Shown piece after piece: positions 26,115 through 34,612 of a DNA stretch of 64,000 bases. This stretch comes from Longimicrobiales bacterium. Its GTDB lineage: Bacteria > Gemmatimonadota > Gemmatimonadetes > Longimicrobiales > Gaopeijiaceae. The stretch spans positions 569,250-633,249 of the forward strand of contig OZ242028.1 of the NCBI GenBank assembly GCA_965205005.1, given 5' to 3'. Position 1 is the first letter of the stretch. Each line of letters begins with the position of its first letter. Under the pieces are notes generated by a model. The model was not told the DNA's origin, ran no database searches, and saw only the letters and a list, made by a program, of their open reading frames with translations. Made by a program: the position numbers and the translations under genes.

Positions 26115-27350
26115 ATGCATCATCCCCCCAGTTTCCGCTTACCCATCCTCCTCCTGCTCCTCGCCGGATGCAATTCGGGCGATTCGGACCAGTCACAGGC
26201 CTACGACGGCGTTGTCCGAACCGCGCTTCACGATTTCCGGGTGGAAGAGGTCGCCGACGGCCTGGTGCGTCCGTTCGCGATGGCCTTCACGCCCGAAGGC
26301 GACCTGCTCGTGACGGAGCGTCCCGGCCGGCTCCGGATCATCCGCGACGGGGTTCTCCTTCCTGATTCGGTGGAGGGGCTGCCGCCGATCCGGGCGCTCG
26401 GACGCGGCGCCCGTTCCATGAGCGGCTTCGAGCAGGCCGGACTGCGCGACGCGATCCTTCACCCGGACTTCGCGACGAACCGCCTCCTCTACCTCAGCTA
26501 CGTGAAGCCGGGGCCGGACTCGCTGGGCGCGATCGCCATCGCCCGGGGACGGTTCGAGATCGACCGGCTGACCGATGTTGAGGAACTGTTCCACGCGGAC
26601 GCGTTCGGCAACGGGACCGACCGGAGCTCGATGTGGGGCGGGCGCCTCGTCTTCGACCACGACGGCTACCTGTTCATGACGCTGGGCGACCGGCAGTGGC
26701 CTCCGGCGGGCGACATGGAGGCCCACCCGGCCCAGGATCTGTCGAACCACAACGGCAGTACCATCCGGATTCACGACGACGGGCGGGTCCCGCCGGACAA
26801 CCCGTTCGTGGGCCAGGCGGTCGTGCACCCCGAGATCTGGACGTGGGGTCACCGCAACGCGCAGGGAATGGCGGTCCACCCCGAGACCGGAGACCTGTGG
26901 CAGAACGAGCACGGCCCGCAGGGCGGCGATGAACTGAACCTGATCGAGCCCGGCCGCAACTACGGCTGGCCCGTCGTGGGGTACGGCGTGAACTACCGGA
27001 CGGGTTCGCGCATCCACTCGGGCACGCTCATGGACGGCATGGACGAACCCACCCACCTCTGGGTGCCCTCGATCGGCGTCTCCGGCATGCTCTTCTACAC
27101 GGGCGACGCGTTTCCGGAGTGGCGCGGCGACATGCTCGTCGGCGGCCTCAGCGGCAGGCGTCTCGTGCGGCTGCGGATGGAGGGGCGCCAGGTGACGCAC
27201 GAGGAGACGCTGCTGCAAGGGATCGGCCGCATCCGCGACGTGCGGGAGGGACCGGACGGGTTCGTCTATCTGGCCATCGACGGGGAGACGCGGGACATCG
27301 ACGGTCCCGCGACCGGCATCGTGCGGCTGGTGCCGGCGGGGCGGCGATAG
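26115..27350 (+). CDS. PQQ-dependent sugar dehydrogenase (sorbosone/soluble glucose dehydrogenase family) lipoprotein
   Basis: MHHPPSFRLPILLLLLAGC lipobox. GHRNAQGMAVHP, HGPQGGDELN, NYGWP. Confidence 0.85.
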   Translation: MHHPPSFRLPILLLLLAGCNSGDSDQSQAYDGVVRTALHDFRVEEVADGLVRPFAMAFTPEGDLLVTERPGRLRIIRDGVLLPDSVEGLPPIRALGRGARSMSGFEQAGLRDAILHPDFATNRLLYLSYVKPGPDSLGAIAIARGRFEIDRLTDVEELFHADAFGNGTDRSSMWGGRLVFDHDGYLFMTLGDRQWPPAGDMEAHPAQDLSNHNGSTIRIHDDGRVPPDNPFVGQAVVHPEIWTWGHRNAQGMAVHPETGDLWQNEHGPQGGDELNLIEPGRNYGWPVVGYGVNYRTGSRIHSGTLMDGMDEPTHLWVPSIGVSGMLFYTGDAFPEWRGDMLVGGLSGRRLVRLRMEGRQVTHEETLLQGIGRIRDVREGPDGFVYLAIDGETRDIDGPATGIVRLVPAGRR

Positions 27351-27386
27351 TCCAGCTGGACCGGGAGAGGACGGTATCTCCCACAC

Positions 27387-27809
27387 TCAGGAGCAGCCCT
27401 GGTCGCGAGAAACCAGGGGAAAGGACTGGAAATCCCTGTCCCGGATCTTCACGAGCTGTGCGACAACCCAGGTTGCATCTTGAAGGGCGATCTCAGCATC
27501 AGCTCGACGCACCTCTGAATCGGATTTGTAGTCACTCTGGACGCGCTTACTGAGCAAGCGTTGGTATTGAGCTCCCACATTCCGAAGACGTGGTGAGCGC
27601 CAGATGGCGTTTACCAGGTCCCCGTGTCTGCCGGTTTTTCCGAACAGTCGATCCGGTGAAACGCCCTTCGCCTCGCAGAGCCTCCTACGCATCGTACCAT
27701 AGGCGGCATAGTAGGCCCGTCCACAGGCGGTTCGTATGTCAGCTTCGTCCGGTTGACCGTCCAGAAGGGATCTGGCGGTTTCAAGGAACCCGGCGGGGTC
27801 GAAGGGCAC
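27387..27809 (-). CDS. Small helical protein, HEPN-like by pattern (uncertain)
   Basis: 140 aa. FLETARSLL...RTACGRAYYAAYGTMRRRL and LLSKRVQSDY resemble HEPN helices with a conserved Arg. No canonical Rx4-6H motif could be confirmed. Third gene of a cassette that is visibly AT-richer than its flanks. Confidence 0.4.
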   Translation of the reverse strand: MPFDPAGFLETARSLLDGQPDEADIRTACGRAYYAAYGTMRRRLCEAKGVSPDRLFGKTGRHGDLVNAIWRSPRLRNVGAQYQRLLSKRVQSDYKSDSEVRRADAEIALQDATWVVAQLVKIRDRDFQSFPLVSRDQGCS

Positions 27810-27836
27810 GCGCGCGTCAGGCGAGTTTGAATTGAA

Positions 27837-28349
27837 TTACCGGGTCGGACCCAACCGTCCAACACCAACCGCGAGGCGAGCCAGATCCGCAGGAGGAAGA
27901 AGGTCGGCCAGGCGTCCGAAGAACTCGTCACGGAACGCCATCCCGTCCATGTTCCGAGGGATATGCACGTCCACTACGACGAAGGAAAGCTCCACACCAT
28001 CGTCGTCGCCAAGTGTCTCGACTTCCGGCAAGCTGAACTGAACGCGCGGGCTTAGCAACCTGGCCAGGGCCTTCATGCGATCGACAGCACCCCTCATGCC
28101 CTTCATCCCTTCCTCCTCGTACCAGGGTTGGGTCGTCTCGCTCCCCAATCCGGGGATGACTTCCAGCCGCACGGTATGGTCTTGCCCGGTGGTTCCACCG
28201 GTTGTGCCGGCCACCGGGGCAATCCACGATTCAAGTAGCGGTTCACTTGACTCCGAACTCACCGGGGAGAGCCACCCCACAGTATCCCAAGCCGAGGCCG
28301 AATTGGCAGAATCCGACGGCCAGGGTCCCGCCAGAGCCGGAAGTGTCAT
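27837..28349 (-). CDS. Hypothetical protein (Ser/Thr/Gly-rich N-terminal half, structured C-terminal ~90 aa)
   Basis: The start ATG overlaps the stop of the upstream ORF (ATGA at 28346-28349), suggesting translational coupling. No recognisable motif. Confidence 0.4.
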   Translation of the reverse strand: MTLPALAGPWPSDSANSASAWDTVGWLSPVSSESSEPLLESWIAPVAGTTGGTTGQDHTVRLEVIPGLGSETTQPWYEEEGMKGMRGAVDRMKALARLLSPRVQFSLPEVETLGDDDGVELSFVVVDVHIPRNMDGMAFRDEFFGRLADLLPPADLARLAVGVGRLGPTR

Positions 28350-28828
28350 GGCCAGCGTCCTTGATGAGCCATCTTCTGAAACATCAGGGCGACGATTCTC
28401 GCTCCACTCTGCACGACGTGATTGCGCCCAAGGAAATCGCTTCTCTGAATTGGCTCTTCGGTCAGGTTGGCACCGACCGTTACTCTCGCGGGGTAATCGA
28501 CGTCATCCCCTTCCTCCCCTTCGTCCGATTCAAACTCAATCATGTGTCCGATGGACTGAGTATGAAGAGCCAATTGAAGATCGTACAGGAAGGACTGCCG
28601 ATCTTCAGGCTCCAACGCCCGCCAAGCGACTCGATGGTTGTCCGCGATTCCGATGCCGACCTGAATCGCCACGTAGTTGAAATCTGCCCGCCGCTGAGCA
28701 ACGAGGGTCAGGAAGGGCTGGCCGTGCACGAGTACTGCCCACTCGAAGGCGGGATCGTCGTCCACCGAATGCGGCTCGTACGACAGCCCGAAGTCCTCTA
28801 CCCAGCGCTGTACGCATTCCAGGGTCAC
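28346..28828 (-). CDS. Hypothetical protein, possibly DUF2299/YbjN-like (T3SS-chaperone-like fold)
   Basis: The listed 186-aa ORF would overlap the tRNA, so I trimmed it to GTG 28828 (TTG 28840 is an alternative). The pattern VQRWVEDFGL...FEWAVLV...SFLYDLQLAL recalls DUF2299-type proteins, from memory only. Confidence 0.4.
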   Translation of the reverse strand: MTLECVQRWVEDFGLSYEPHSVDDDPAFEWAVLVHGQPFLTLVAQRRADFNYVAIQVGIGIADNHRVAWRALEPEDRQSFLYDLQLALHTQSIGHMIEFESDEGEEGDDVDYPARVTVGANLTEEPIQRSDFLGRNHVVQSGARIVALMFQKMAHQGRWP

Positions 28829-28873
28829 TCGATCCGGCAAGTCGGGACGATCTCCGTGTAATTGGGTCCACAA

Positions 28874-28947
<74 letters not shown>

Positions 28948-29172
28948 CTACAAGGCCAGAAAAGCTAGAAGCACCGCGCGATGGCTTCAAGGGCGGTCGT
29001 GTCACCGGTCGCGTCGACAGCACAGCCGTCACCGGCCTTCAACCGCTGCCGGGGACCGGGCCAACCCACCGTCTGGGCCATCCTCCAGCCGCCGAGCTGG
29101 CAGAGCACTCGGTGGCTCAGGGTCGTAGTCGATCGGCACTCGCCGTGAGGCGCTCGACTTCCAGGTGATGCA

Positions 29173-30105
29173 TCAGACCGACTGGACCGGGGCGGCACGG
29201 ATCCGGAACAGCTCTCCAGGATTGGTCGAGTTCATCGTGCGGATCTCCTCTTCGCTGAAACCGGCGCTTTCCAGGAGCAACATGTACTCCCGAAACGCCT
29301 CGACCGGCGGCGGCAGCAGGAAGACACCCGCATCGCTCGAGACAATGGCGCGTTCCGGGGTCGCGGCCCGGATCCTGGGCGCCATCTCGTCGATGGTCAT
29401 GCCTTTCGAACGGTGCTTCTCCCTGTCCACATGGGTCAGGCTCACCTGCGTCGCATGCGTCAGGATGAAGAACGAGAACTCGGCGTACGCACCGGCGGCG
29501 ACGACGGCTTTGATCTCGTCTTCGGTATAGCGTGCCGCCTGGGTGCGCAGTCGCTTTAGACCTCGTCGCCTGCCTTCCTCGACCAACGCGACCGCTTCGT
29601 GCCCGGCCACATGACCGCAGTCGAAGACCGCATCGGCCTCGGCGACCAGATCCATGATCCTGAGCACCACGTCCGGGACCTTGCCCGACCGGGGCACCGA
29701 GAAGGTCGTCTCGAGGTAGGCAGGACTTCGGCCCTCACGCTCGGCAACATTGCGCGTGTGATGGGTGGGCAGCGAGACGAAGCGAGCGCCGGTTCCCGGT
29801 CCGTACCCGTAGGCCAGCGCCGTACGTGCGGCCTCGACCGTGACGCCGCCAGCGATCGGCTGCATGATGATCCCGCCGAACACTTCGACGCCCAGCGACC
29901 CGAGTTCGGCCATGGCCAGGGCGGCGAACCCTGAGCTGTTGCCGAAGTTGTCCATCAGGCCGATGGCACGCATGCCGGCGTCGGCCGCCTGTCGTGTCGC
30001 CTCGAACACGTTGATCGACCGGCCGTTGATGTGCGGGCAGACATGCACATGGCAGTCGATCGCACCTCGCAGATACTGCATCCCGGGACTCGTCGATGTC
30101 GTCAT
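29173..30105 (-). CDS. Metal-dependent hydrolase-like TIM-barrel protein (DUF6282-like)
   Basis: Trimmed to MTTSTSPGMQYLRGAIDCHVHVCPH (DxHxH metal motif). No signal peptide. Confidence 0.6.
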   Translation of the reverse strand: MTTSTSPGMQYLRGAIDCHVHVCPHINGRSINVFEATRQAADAGMRAIGLMDNFGNSSGFAALAMAELGSLGVEVFGGIIMQPIAGGVTVEAARTALAYGYGPGTGARFVSLPTHHTRNVAEREGRSPAYLETTFSVPRSGKVPDVVLRIMDLVAEADAVFDCGHVAGHEAVALVEEGRRRGLKRLRTQAARYTEDEIKAVVAAGAYAEFSFFILTHATQVSLTHVDREKHRSKGMTIDEMAPRIRAATPERAIVSSDAGVFLLPPPVEAFREYMLLLESAGFSEEEIRTMNSTNPGELFRIRAAPVQSV

Positions 30106-30269
30106 CTTTCGGGTCGGTTGGAGCGGGTAGCAGATCATGAAGTATAGGACGAGGTGGCGCGGCGCGCTGTTTGGTAGCATTCTGCCACCAACCTGAGGGG
30201 TTCAGCGTTTCTCGGCCCGGCCGACTGCCACCGTACCCAAGGGCACCTCATCACGGGGGATCAGGGCAT

Positions 30270-31976
30270 TTGAAGACGTCAACCTCGATCAAATCCGCCT
30301 CGACGGCGTTGCTGCTGCTCCTCCTCCTCTTGACGGCGTTCCAATCGCAGGCGGGAGACGCACGTGAGGAGGGTATGCCGGACGGGTCGGGCACCTACGA
30401 CGACCTCGTTGCACTGTTCCAGGAATTCCTCGAGTGGACGGATCCGGCCAGGGCGTCGGGCAACGTGCCGAACCGGGACATCGCCGGCAGCGCGACCGAC
30501 GTCTATCCCGACTACGCCGAGACGACCGTCGAGCGGCGTCGCGCCACGATGCGGGACTTCCAGGCGCGGCTCGAGGACATGGCGGTCGTGGACTGGGAGT
30601 TCGAACAACAGGTCGACTATCTGGCGGTTCGTTCCCGATTCGATCGTCACGACTTCACATTGAACGTGTCCCGCCCCTGGTCCAGGGACCCCGGCTTCTA
30701 TGTGGATCAGATGCTGCGCATCACGTTCGCGGACCTGCCATTGGACGACGACGGGACCACCGCGCTCCGGACGCGCCTCGAGGCCATCTCACTCCTGGTG
30801 GAGCAGGCCAGGAACAACCTGACGGAAGTAGCCGCCGACTACGCGGACCTCGCGATCTTCAATCTGACCAACGCCGACGGCGTGGGGCACGGCTACCCGT
30901 ACCGGGCAACGCCGCCGGCCGGCGTCCTTGGCTGGTACGACGACTTCGGCGCGCGGGCGGCCGCGCAGCAGCCCGATCTCCACGCCGACATCGCCGCGGC
31001 CCGGGAGTCCGTCCGCGGCTTCCACGACTGGCTCGTCGCGAATCGAGGCGACATGACCGCGCAGGGCGGCGTGGGTCGAGAGATGTTCGACTGGTACCTG
31101 AAGCACGTGAAGCTCATGCCGTACGACGCGGATCAGATCGTCACGCTGGGCCTGCGGGAGCTGGATCGCCTCTGGAGTGTGTATGCGCTGGAACAGCACC
31201 GGAACCGGCATCTGCCGCCGCTCGAGCTGCCGGCGTCGGCGGAGGAGTATGAGGCGCGGATCGACAGCGTCGACACGCGGATCCGCAACTTCCTGGTGAA
31301 GGAGGACATCATCACGATCCCGGGCTACATCTGGGAGCTCGGTACGAACGTGCCGTGGATCGTCCGTCCCGGCGGCCCGAACTTCTGGGAGCAGGTGCAG
31401 TTCCGCGACCCGACGCCCGATCACCTGCACGCCGTCATCCCCGGGCATCGTTTCGACGGCCTGATCGCACGGCACAACACGCACCCCATCCGCGGCAAGA
31501 TCAGCAGCGGGGCGCGCACCGAAGGCTGGGCCACCTATCTGGAAGAAGCCGTCATGGAAGCCGGCTTGCTCGATGACGCGCCGCGGGTCCGTGAGCTCAT
31601 CTACGTCTTCGGTATCTTCCGGGCCGCCAGGGTGCCGGCGGACGTGTGGCTCCAGCTCAACGAGATGACAGTCGACGAAGTCGTAGCGTGGTGGATGGAG
31701 CGCACCCCGTGGCTGGACGAGAACGTTGCGCGCGTGGACGCCGAGATCTACCTGCGCCGGCCGCCCGGCTACGGGCTCGGGTACGCGATCGGCATGCTGC
31801 AGATGCGGCAGCTCCTCGCCGATCGCAAGCGCCAGCTGGGCGACGATTTCGACCTCCGGGAGTTCCACGACACGTTCATGGCAGCCGGGCGGCTCCCGAT
31901 CTCGCTGATCCGTTGGGAGATGACGGGCCTGGACGACGAGGTGCGGGATCTCTGGAAGCGGGAGCGGCTCAACTGA
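30270..31976 (+). CDS. DUF885 family secreted protein
   Basis: TTG 30270 gives LKTSTSIKSASTALLLLLLLLTAFQSQAGDA (signal). The C-terminal region EGWATYLEEAVMEAGLL and the GYGLGYAIG pattern are typical of DUF885. Confidence 0.7.
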   Translation: MKTSTSIKSASTALLLLLLLLTAFQSQAGDAREEGMPDGSGTYDDLVALFQEFLEWTDPARASGNVPNRDIAGSATDVYPDYAETTVERRRATMRDFQARLEDMAVVDWEFEQQVDYLAVRSRFDRHDFTLNVSRPWSRDPGFYVDQMLRITFADLPLDDDGTTALRTRLEAISLLVEQARNNLTEVAADYADLAIFNLTNADGVGHGYPYRATPPAGVLGWYDDFGARAAAQQPDLHADIAAARESVRGFHDWLVANRGDMTAQGGVGREMFDWYLKHVKLMPYDADQIVTLGLRELDRLWSVYALEQHRNRHLPPLELPASAEEYEARIDSVDTRIRNFLVKEDIITIPGYIWELGTNVPWIVRPGGPNFWEQVQFRDPTPDHLHAVIPGHRFDGLIARHNTHPIRGKISSGARTEGWATYLEEAVMEAGLLDDAPRVRELIYVFGIFRAARVPADVWLQLNEMTVDEVVAWWMERTPWLDENVARVDAEIYLRRPPGYGLGYAIGMLQMRQLLADRKRQLGDDFDLREFHDTFMAAGRLPISLIRWEMTGLDDEVRDLWKRERLN

Positions 31977-31990
31977 AAGGAGTGACAACC

Positions 31991-32479
31991 ATGAGAACGC
32001 TGAACTCAGTCCTGGGCTTGTCGGTACTGTTGGCGGGGTGCGCCGGGGCCGGTGACGGAGAGCTCACCGATGCCGAGCGTGCGGCGCTTGGCGACTCCAT
32101 ACGTCTGTTCGCCAACGAGATGGTCGAGACCATCGATGGTCACGATGTGGACGGCTTCATCGGATATCACCTGGACGGCCCCGACTTCGCCTGGGCGAGC
32201 CGCGGGGAGATCACCCCGCTGGAGTCACATCGTGCCTCGATGAAGGAGTACTTCCCCGGCGTCGGAAGGAACGTGCACTTCACGCTCGGAGAAAGCACAG
32301 TGCACGTGCTGGGCCGGAACGCCGCGGTGGCCACGTCGGTGATTCACTCGACCAACGTCGGCGAGGATGGAGAGCCGACCAGCGGTCACGAGGTCTGGAG
32401 CATCGTGGTGCAACGCATAGAGGGCGAGTGGAAGGTGGTGCAGGTGCACGAGTCGTACCCGCCGACCCCGGACCCCTAG
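31991..32479 (+). CDS. SnoaL/NTF2-like (DUF4440-like) lipoprotein
   Basis: MRTLNSVLGLSVLLAGC lipobox. The C-terminus EVWSIVVQRIEGEWKVVQVHES is typical of an NTF2-fold. The stop overlaps the stop of the convergent gene (CTAG at 32476-32479). Confidence 0.6.
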   Translation: MRTLNSVLGLSVLLAGCAGAGDGELTDAERAALGDSIRLFANEMVETIDGHDVDGFIGYHLDGPDFAWASRGEITPLESHRASMKEYFPGVGRNVHFTLGESTVHVLGRNAAVATSVIHSTNVGEDGEPTSGHEVWSIVVQRIEGEWKVVQVHESYPPTPDP

Positions 32480-33186
32480 CGAGGGGTCGGGCCCACCCAC
32501 CGCCCGGGCCGAGTCCCCGCTCCCGGAGCGGGCGCGCCGGCCACCAGAATGCCGTCCTCGTCGACGAGGGTCGCCAGCCCCGCCCCCCGCACCCATCCCC
32601 GCGCGGCCGCGGTCGCCTCCCTGATCACGATCCTGCCACCCGGCATGAGCACGCGCAGACACTCCCCCCACCACCCCTCCCCCGCCCCGCCATCGGCCAC
32701 CACCCCACGCACCACACCGTCGCGCAGCGGCAGCGCTGGCCCCGTCACGAACGCGCTCACCCCGGCAGCCATCAGCCCCCGGCCGCCCCACCCCACCACC
32801 ACCACCTCGATCCCGGCGACCAGCTTCGCGAGCGGCGCGGCCTCGTCGCGGCAGCCGTCCGGCACGACCATCAGCCCGGGCCCCCGCGCCACACCCAGCG
32901 CCGCGGCGAGCTTCAGCGCACGCGTCGCCGCGTCGTCGCCCCGGTCTCCCGCAGGCGCGCCTGCACCGCCATCCCCGCCGCCACGCGCGTCCCCCGGCCC
33001 CGCACTGCGCGGCGGCGGCCTCAAATCCCCGAATCCCCCCTCCACCGGGAACCGGTCACGGCAGTTGGGGCACCCGAACTCGCCGTCGTGGACGCGGCGG
33101 TCGCGCACGTCGTGCGCCAGCAGGATGAGCCCGAACGGCGGGCCACAGCGCGGACAGACGAGGTGGTCGGTGAGGGCGACGTTCAC
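32476..33186 (-). CDS. Trm112-like zinc-ribbon protein fused to a methyltransferase-like domain
   Basis: GTG 33186 overlaps the upstream stop (GTGA). LVCPRCGPPF...FGCPNCRDRFPVEGGFGDL is a Trm112-type CxxC...CxxC ribbon. The C-terminal part ends in LRVLMPGGRIVI (methyltransferase motif-like). Confidence 0.5.
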   Translation of the reverse strand: MNVALTDHLVCPRCGPPFGLILLAHDVRDRRVHDGEFGCPNCRDRFPVEGGFGDLRPPPRSAGPGDARGGGDGGAGAPAGDRGDDAATRALKLAAALGVARGPGLMVVPDGCRDEAAPLAKLVAGIEVVVVGWGGRGLMAAGVSAFVTGPALPLRDGVVRGVVADGGAGEGWWGECLRVLMPGGRIVIREATAAARGWVRGAGLATLVDEDGILVAGAPAPGAGTRPGRWVGPTPR

Positions 33187-33917
33187 GCCCGCTCGATCCG
33201 GAGCAACGGGACCGCCACGGTCTCGGGCAGCCCGGCCACGAAGCCGACCGCGCGCGCCACGTCGGCGGGACGGAGCATCTGGCCGCGGCCGGGAAGGTTG
33301 GGGGACGAGTCGGGCGCCAGGGGGTCCCAGATCGGGGTGTCCACCGCCCCGGGCTCCAGGAGGCACGCCCGCACGCCGGTCCCGCGAATCTCCTCCAGCA
33401 GTACTTCGTGAAAGCCCCGCAGGCCGAACTTGGACGCCGAGTAGGCACCGTTCTCGGGGAACGCCCGCCACCCCGCCACCGACCCCACGTGCACCACCAG
33501 CCCGGATCCTGCGGCCAGCATGCCCGGCAGGAACGCCCTCGTCACATTGAACGCGCCCTTCAGGTTCGCGTTGAGGTTGCGGTCCAGCACGGCAGCGCCC
33601 GTCTCCGCCACCCGCGCCAGATCGAACACGCCCGCGGCGTTGACGAGCACGGCAAGTCCGCCATCGGCGGCGGCCTCCGACCCCGCACCGACCTCCCGCA
33701 CCACCGCAGCCCGCGCCCCCTCGACCTCGGCCTCGACCGCCACATCGAACGGCAGCGCGACGGCGCCGACCTCGCCCGCCAGACGCACGAGGCGCTCCCG
33801 GCGGCGGCCACCCGCGAACACCCTGAACCCGTCGGCCGCCAGGCGCCGCACGATCGCCTCGCCGATCCCGCCCGTCGCCCCCGTGACCAGCGCGGTGCGG
33901 TCGGCGCCGTTACCCAC
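33183..33917 (-). CDS. SDR family oxidoreductase
   Basis: TGATGGIGEAI cofactor motif and YSASK catalytic motif. Confidence 0.85.
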   Translation of the reverse strand: MGNGADRTALVTGATGGIGEAIVRRLAADGFRVFAGGRRRERLVRLAGEVGAVALPFDVAVEAEVEGARAAVVREVGAGSEAAADGGLAVLVNAAGVFDLARVAETGAAVLDRNLNANLKGAFNVTRAFLPGMLAAGSGLVVHVGSVAGWRAFPENGAYSASKFGLRGFHEVLLEEIRGTGVRACLLEPGAVDTPIWDPLAPDSSPNLPGRGQMLRPADVARAVGFVAGLPETVAVPLLRIERA

Positions 33918-34326
33918 CCGAGTACTCCACCCAGTGACGCGGCGTCTCGCGCAGCACCAGCCTGTCCAGCGCAGCCGGCGGCGGCACCAGCGGCGCGAGC
34001 CGCTCCCAGATCTTCACCACCAGGTTCTCGGTCGAGGGGATGACCCCTTCGAGCCAGGGCACGTCCAGGTTGAGGTTGCGGTGGTCCAGGTCGGCCACCA
34101 CGCAGCTGTTGACCAGGTCCTTGAGATCCTTCAGATCCATGACGTAGCCCGTTTCGGCGTCCACCGGGCCCGCGACCGTCACCTCGAGCTCGTAGTTGTG
34201 CCCGTGCCAGTTGGGATTCGCGCAGTCGCCGAAGACGCGACGGTTCCTGTCGTCGTCCCACTCGGGCCGGGCCAGCCGGTGCGCGGCGCTGAAGTGGAGC
34301 CGGCGGGTGATTCGCACGTCAGGCAT
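33910..34326 (-). CDS. queD: 6-carboxytetrahydropterin synthase / 6-pyruvoyl-tetrahydropterin synthase family (QueD-like)
   Basis: FSAAHRL, CANPNWHGHNYELEV (Cys...HGH zinc/catalytic motif), DLDHRNLN. AGGAG SD 8 nt upstream. Confidence 0.85.
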   Translation of the reverse strand: MPDVRITRRLHFSAAHRLARPEWDDDRNRRVFGDCANPNWHGHNYELEVTVAGPVDAETGYVMDLKDLKDLVNSCVVADLDHRNLNLDVPWLEGVIPSTENLVVKIWERLAPLVPPPAALDRLVLRETPRHWVEYSGG

Positions 34327-34351
34327 CTGTGATGACTCCTGGGGGTTGGCG

Positions 34352-34391
34352 CCAAAAACAAGGGTCGGCGCCCACGACGGAGCGCCGACCC
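34352..34391 (-). terminator. Intrinsic terminator on the minus strand, about 26 nt upstream of the queD start
   Basis: Minus-strand RNA: GGGUCGGCGC-UCCGUCGUGG-GCGCCGACCC (10-bp GC stem, 10-nt loop) followed by UUGUUUUUGG. Confidence 0.6.
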
Positions 34392-34393
34392 CC

Positions 34394-34575
34394 GGCGGCC
34401 CGGGAGAGAATGCCCGGCCGCCTGCGTGCCGGAGGGTGTAACCTGAAGCCCGGGCTTAACTCTTGGTGACTCCCCCACTGCTTTCGCAGTCCCCGTGAAC
34501 GAGGCGTGACGTCCACCGCGGGAGGCAGTCCCGGCTCTTCCAGTGTTGGCTCAAATACGAAGCCCTCCAGCACGG
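34394..34575 (-). promoter_or_regulatory. Candidate structured cis-regulatory RNA (riboswitch-like aptamer plus a GC hairpin) in the fumC-queD spacer; class not identified
   Basis: A 12-bp closing helix pairs CGUGCUGGAGGG (34563-34574) with CCCUCCGGCACG (34425-34436). It contains one U-G pair that would be an A-C mismatch on the plus strand. The interior holds hairpins GCGGUG-GACGU-CACGC, CCUCG-UUCA-CGGGG and ACUGC-GAAA-GCAGU (GNRA). A separate hairpin GGCGGCCGGG-CAUUCUCU-CCCGGGCCGCC (34394-34422) abuts the terminator. Confidence 0.4.
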
Positions 34576-34612
34576 CCCGAATATGAGGTGCGACCGCCGC
34601 CGCCGCAAGCCC

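Noticed and set aside
28965-29198. 77-aa minus-strand ORF upstream of the tRNA
   Set aside because: Short, with Arg/Ser/Gly-rich shadow composition, and lying in the likely tRNA promoter region. No support for coding.
34352-34575. Possibility that the structured fumC-queD spacer encodes SRP (4.5S) RNA, 6S RNA, RNase P RNA or tmRNA
   Set aside because: I could not find the SRP GGAA-tetraloop/AGCA motif, the RNase P P4 sequences (GAGGAAAGUCC...), tmRNA ends or a 6S-like long irregular duplex. Position and terminator geometry fit a cis-regulatory leader better. A covariance-model scan is still needed.
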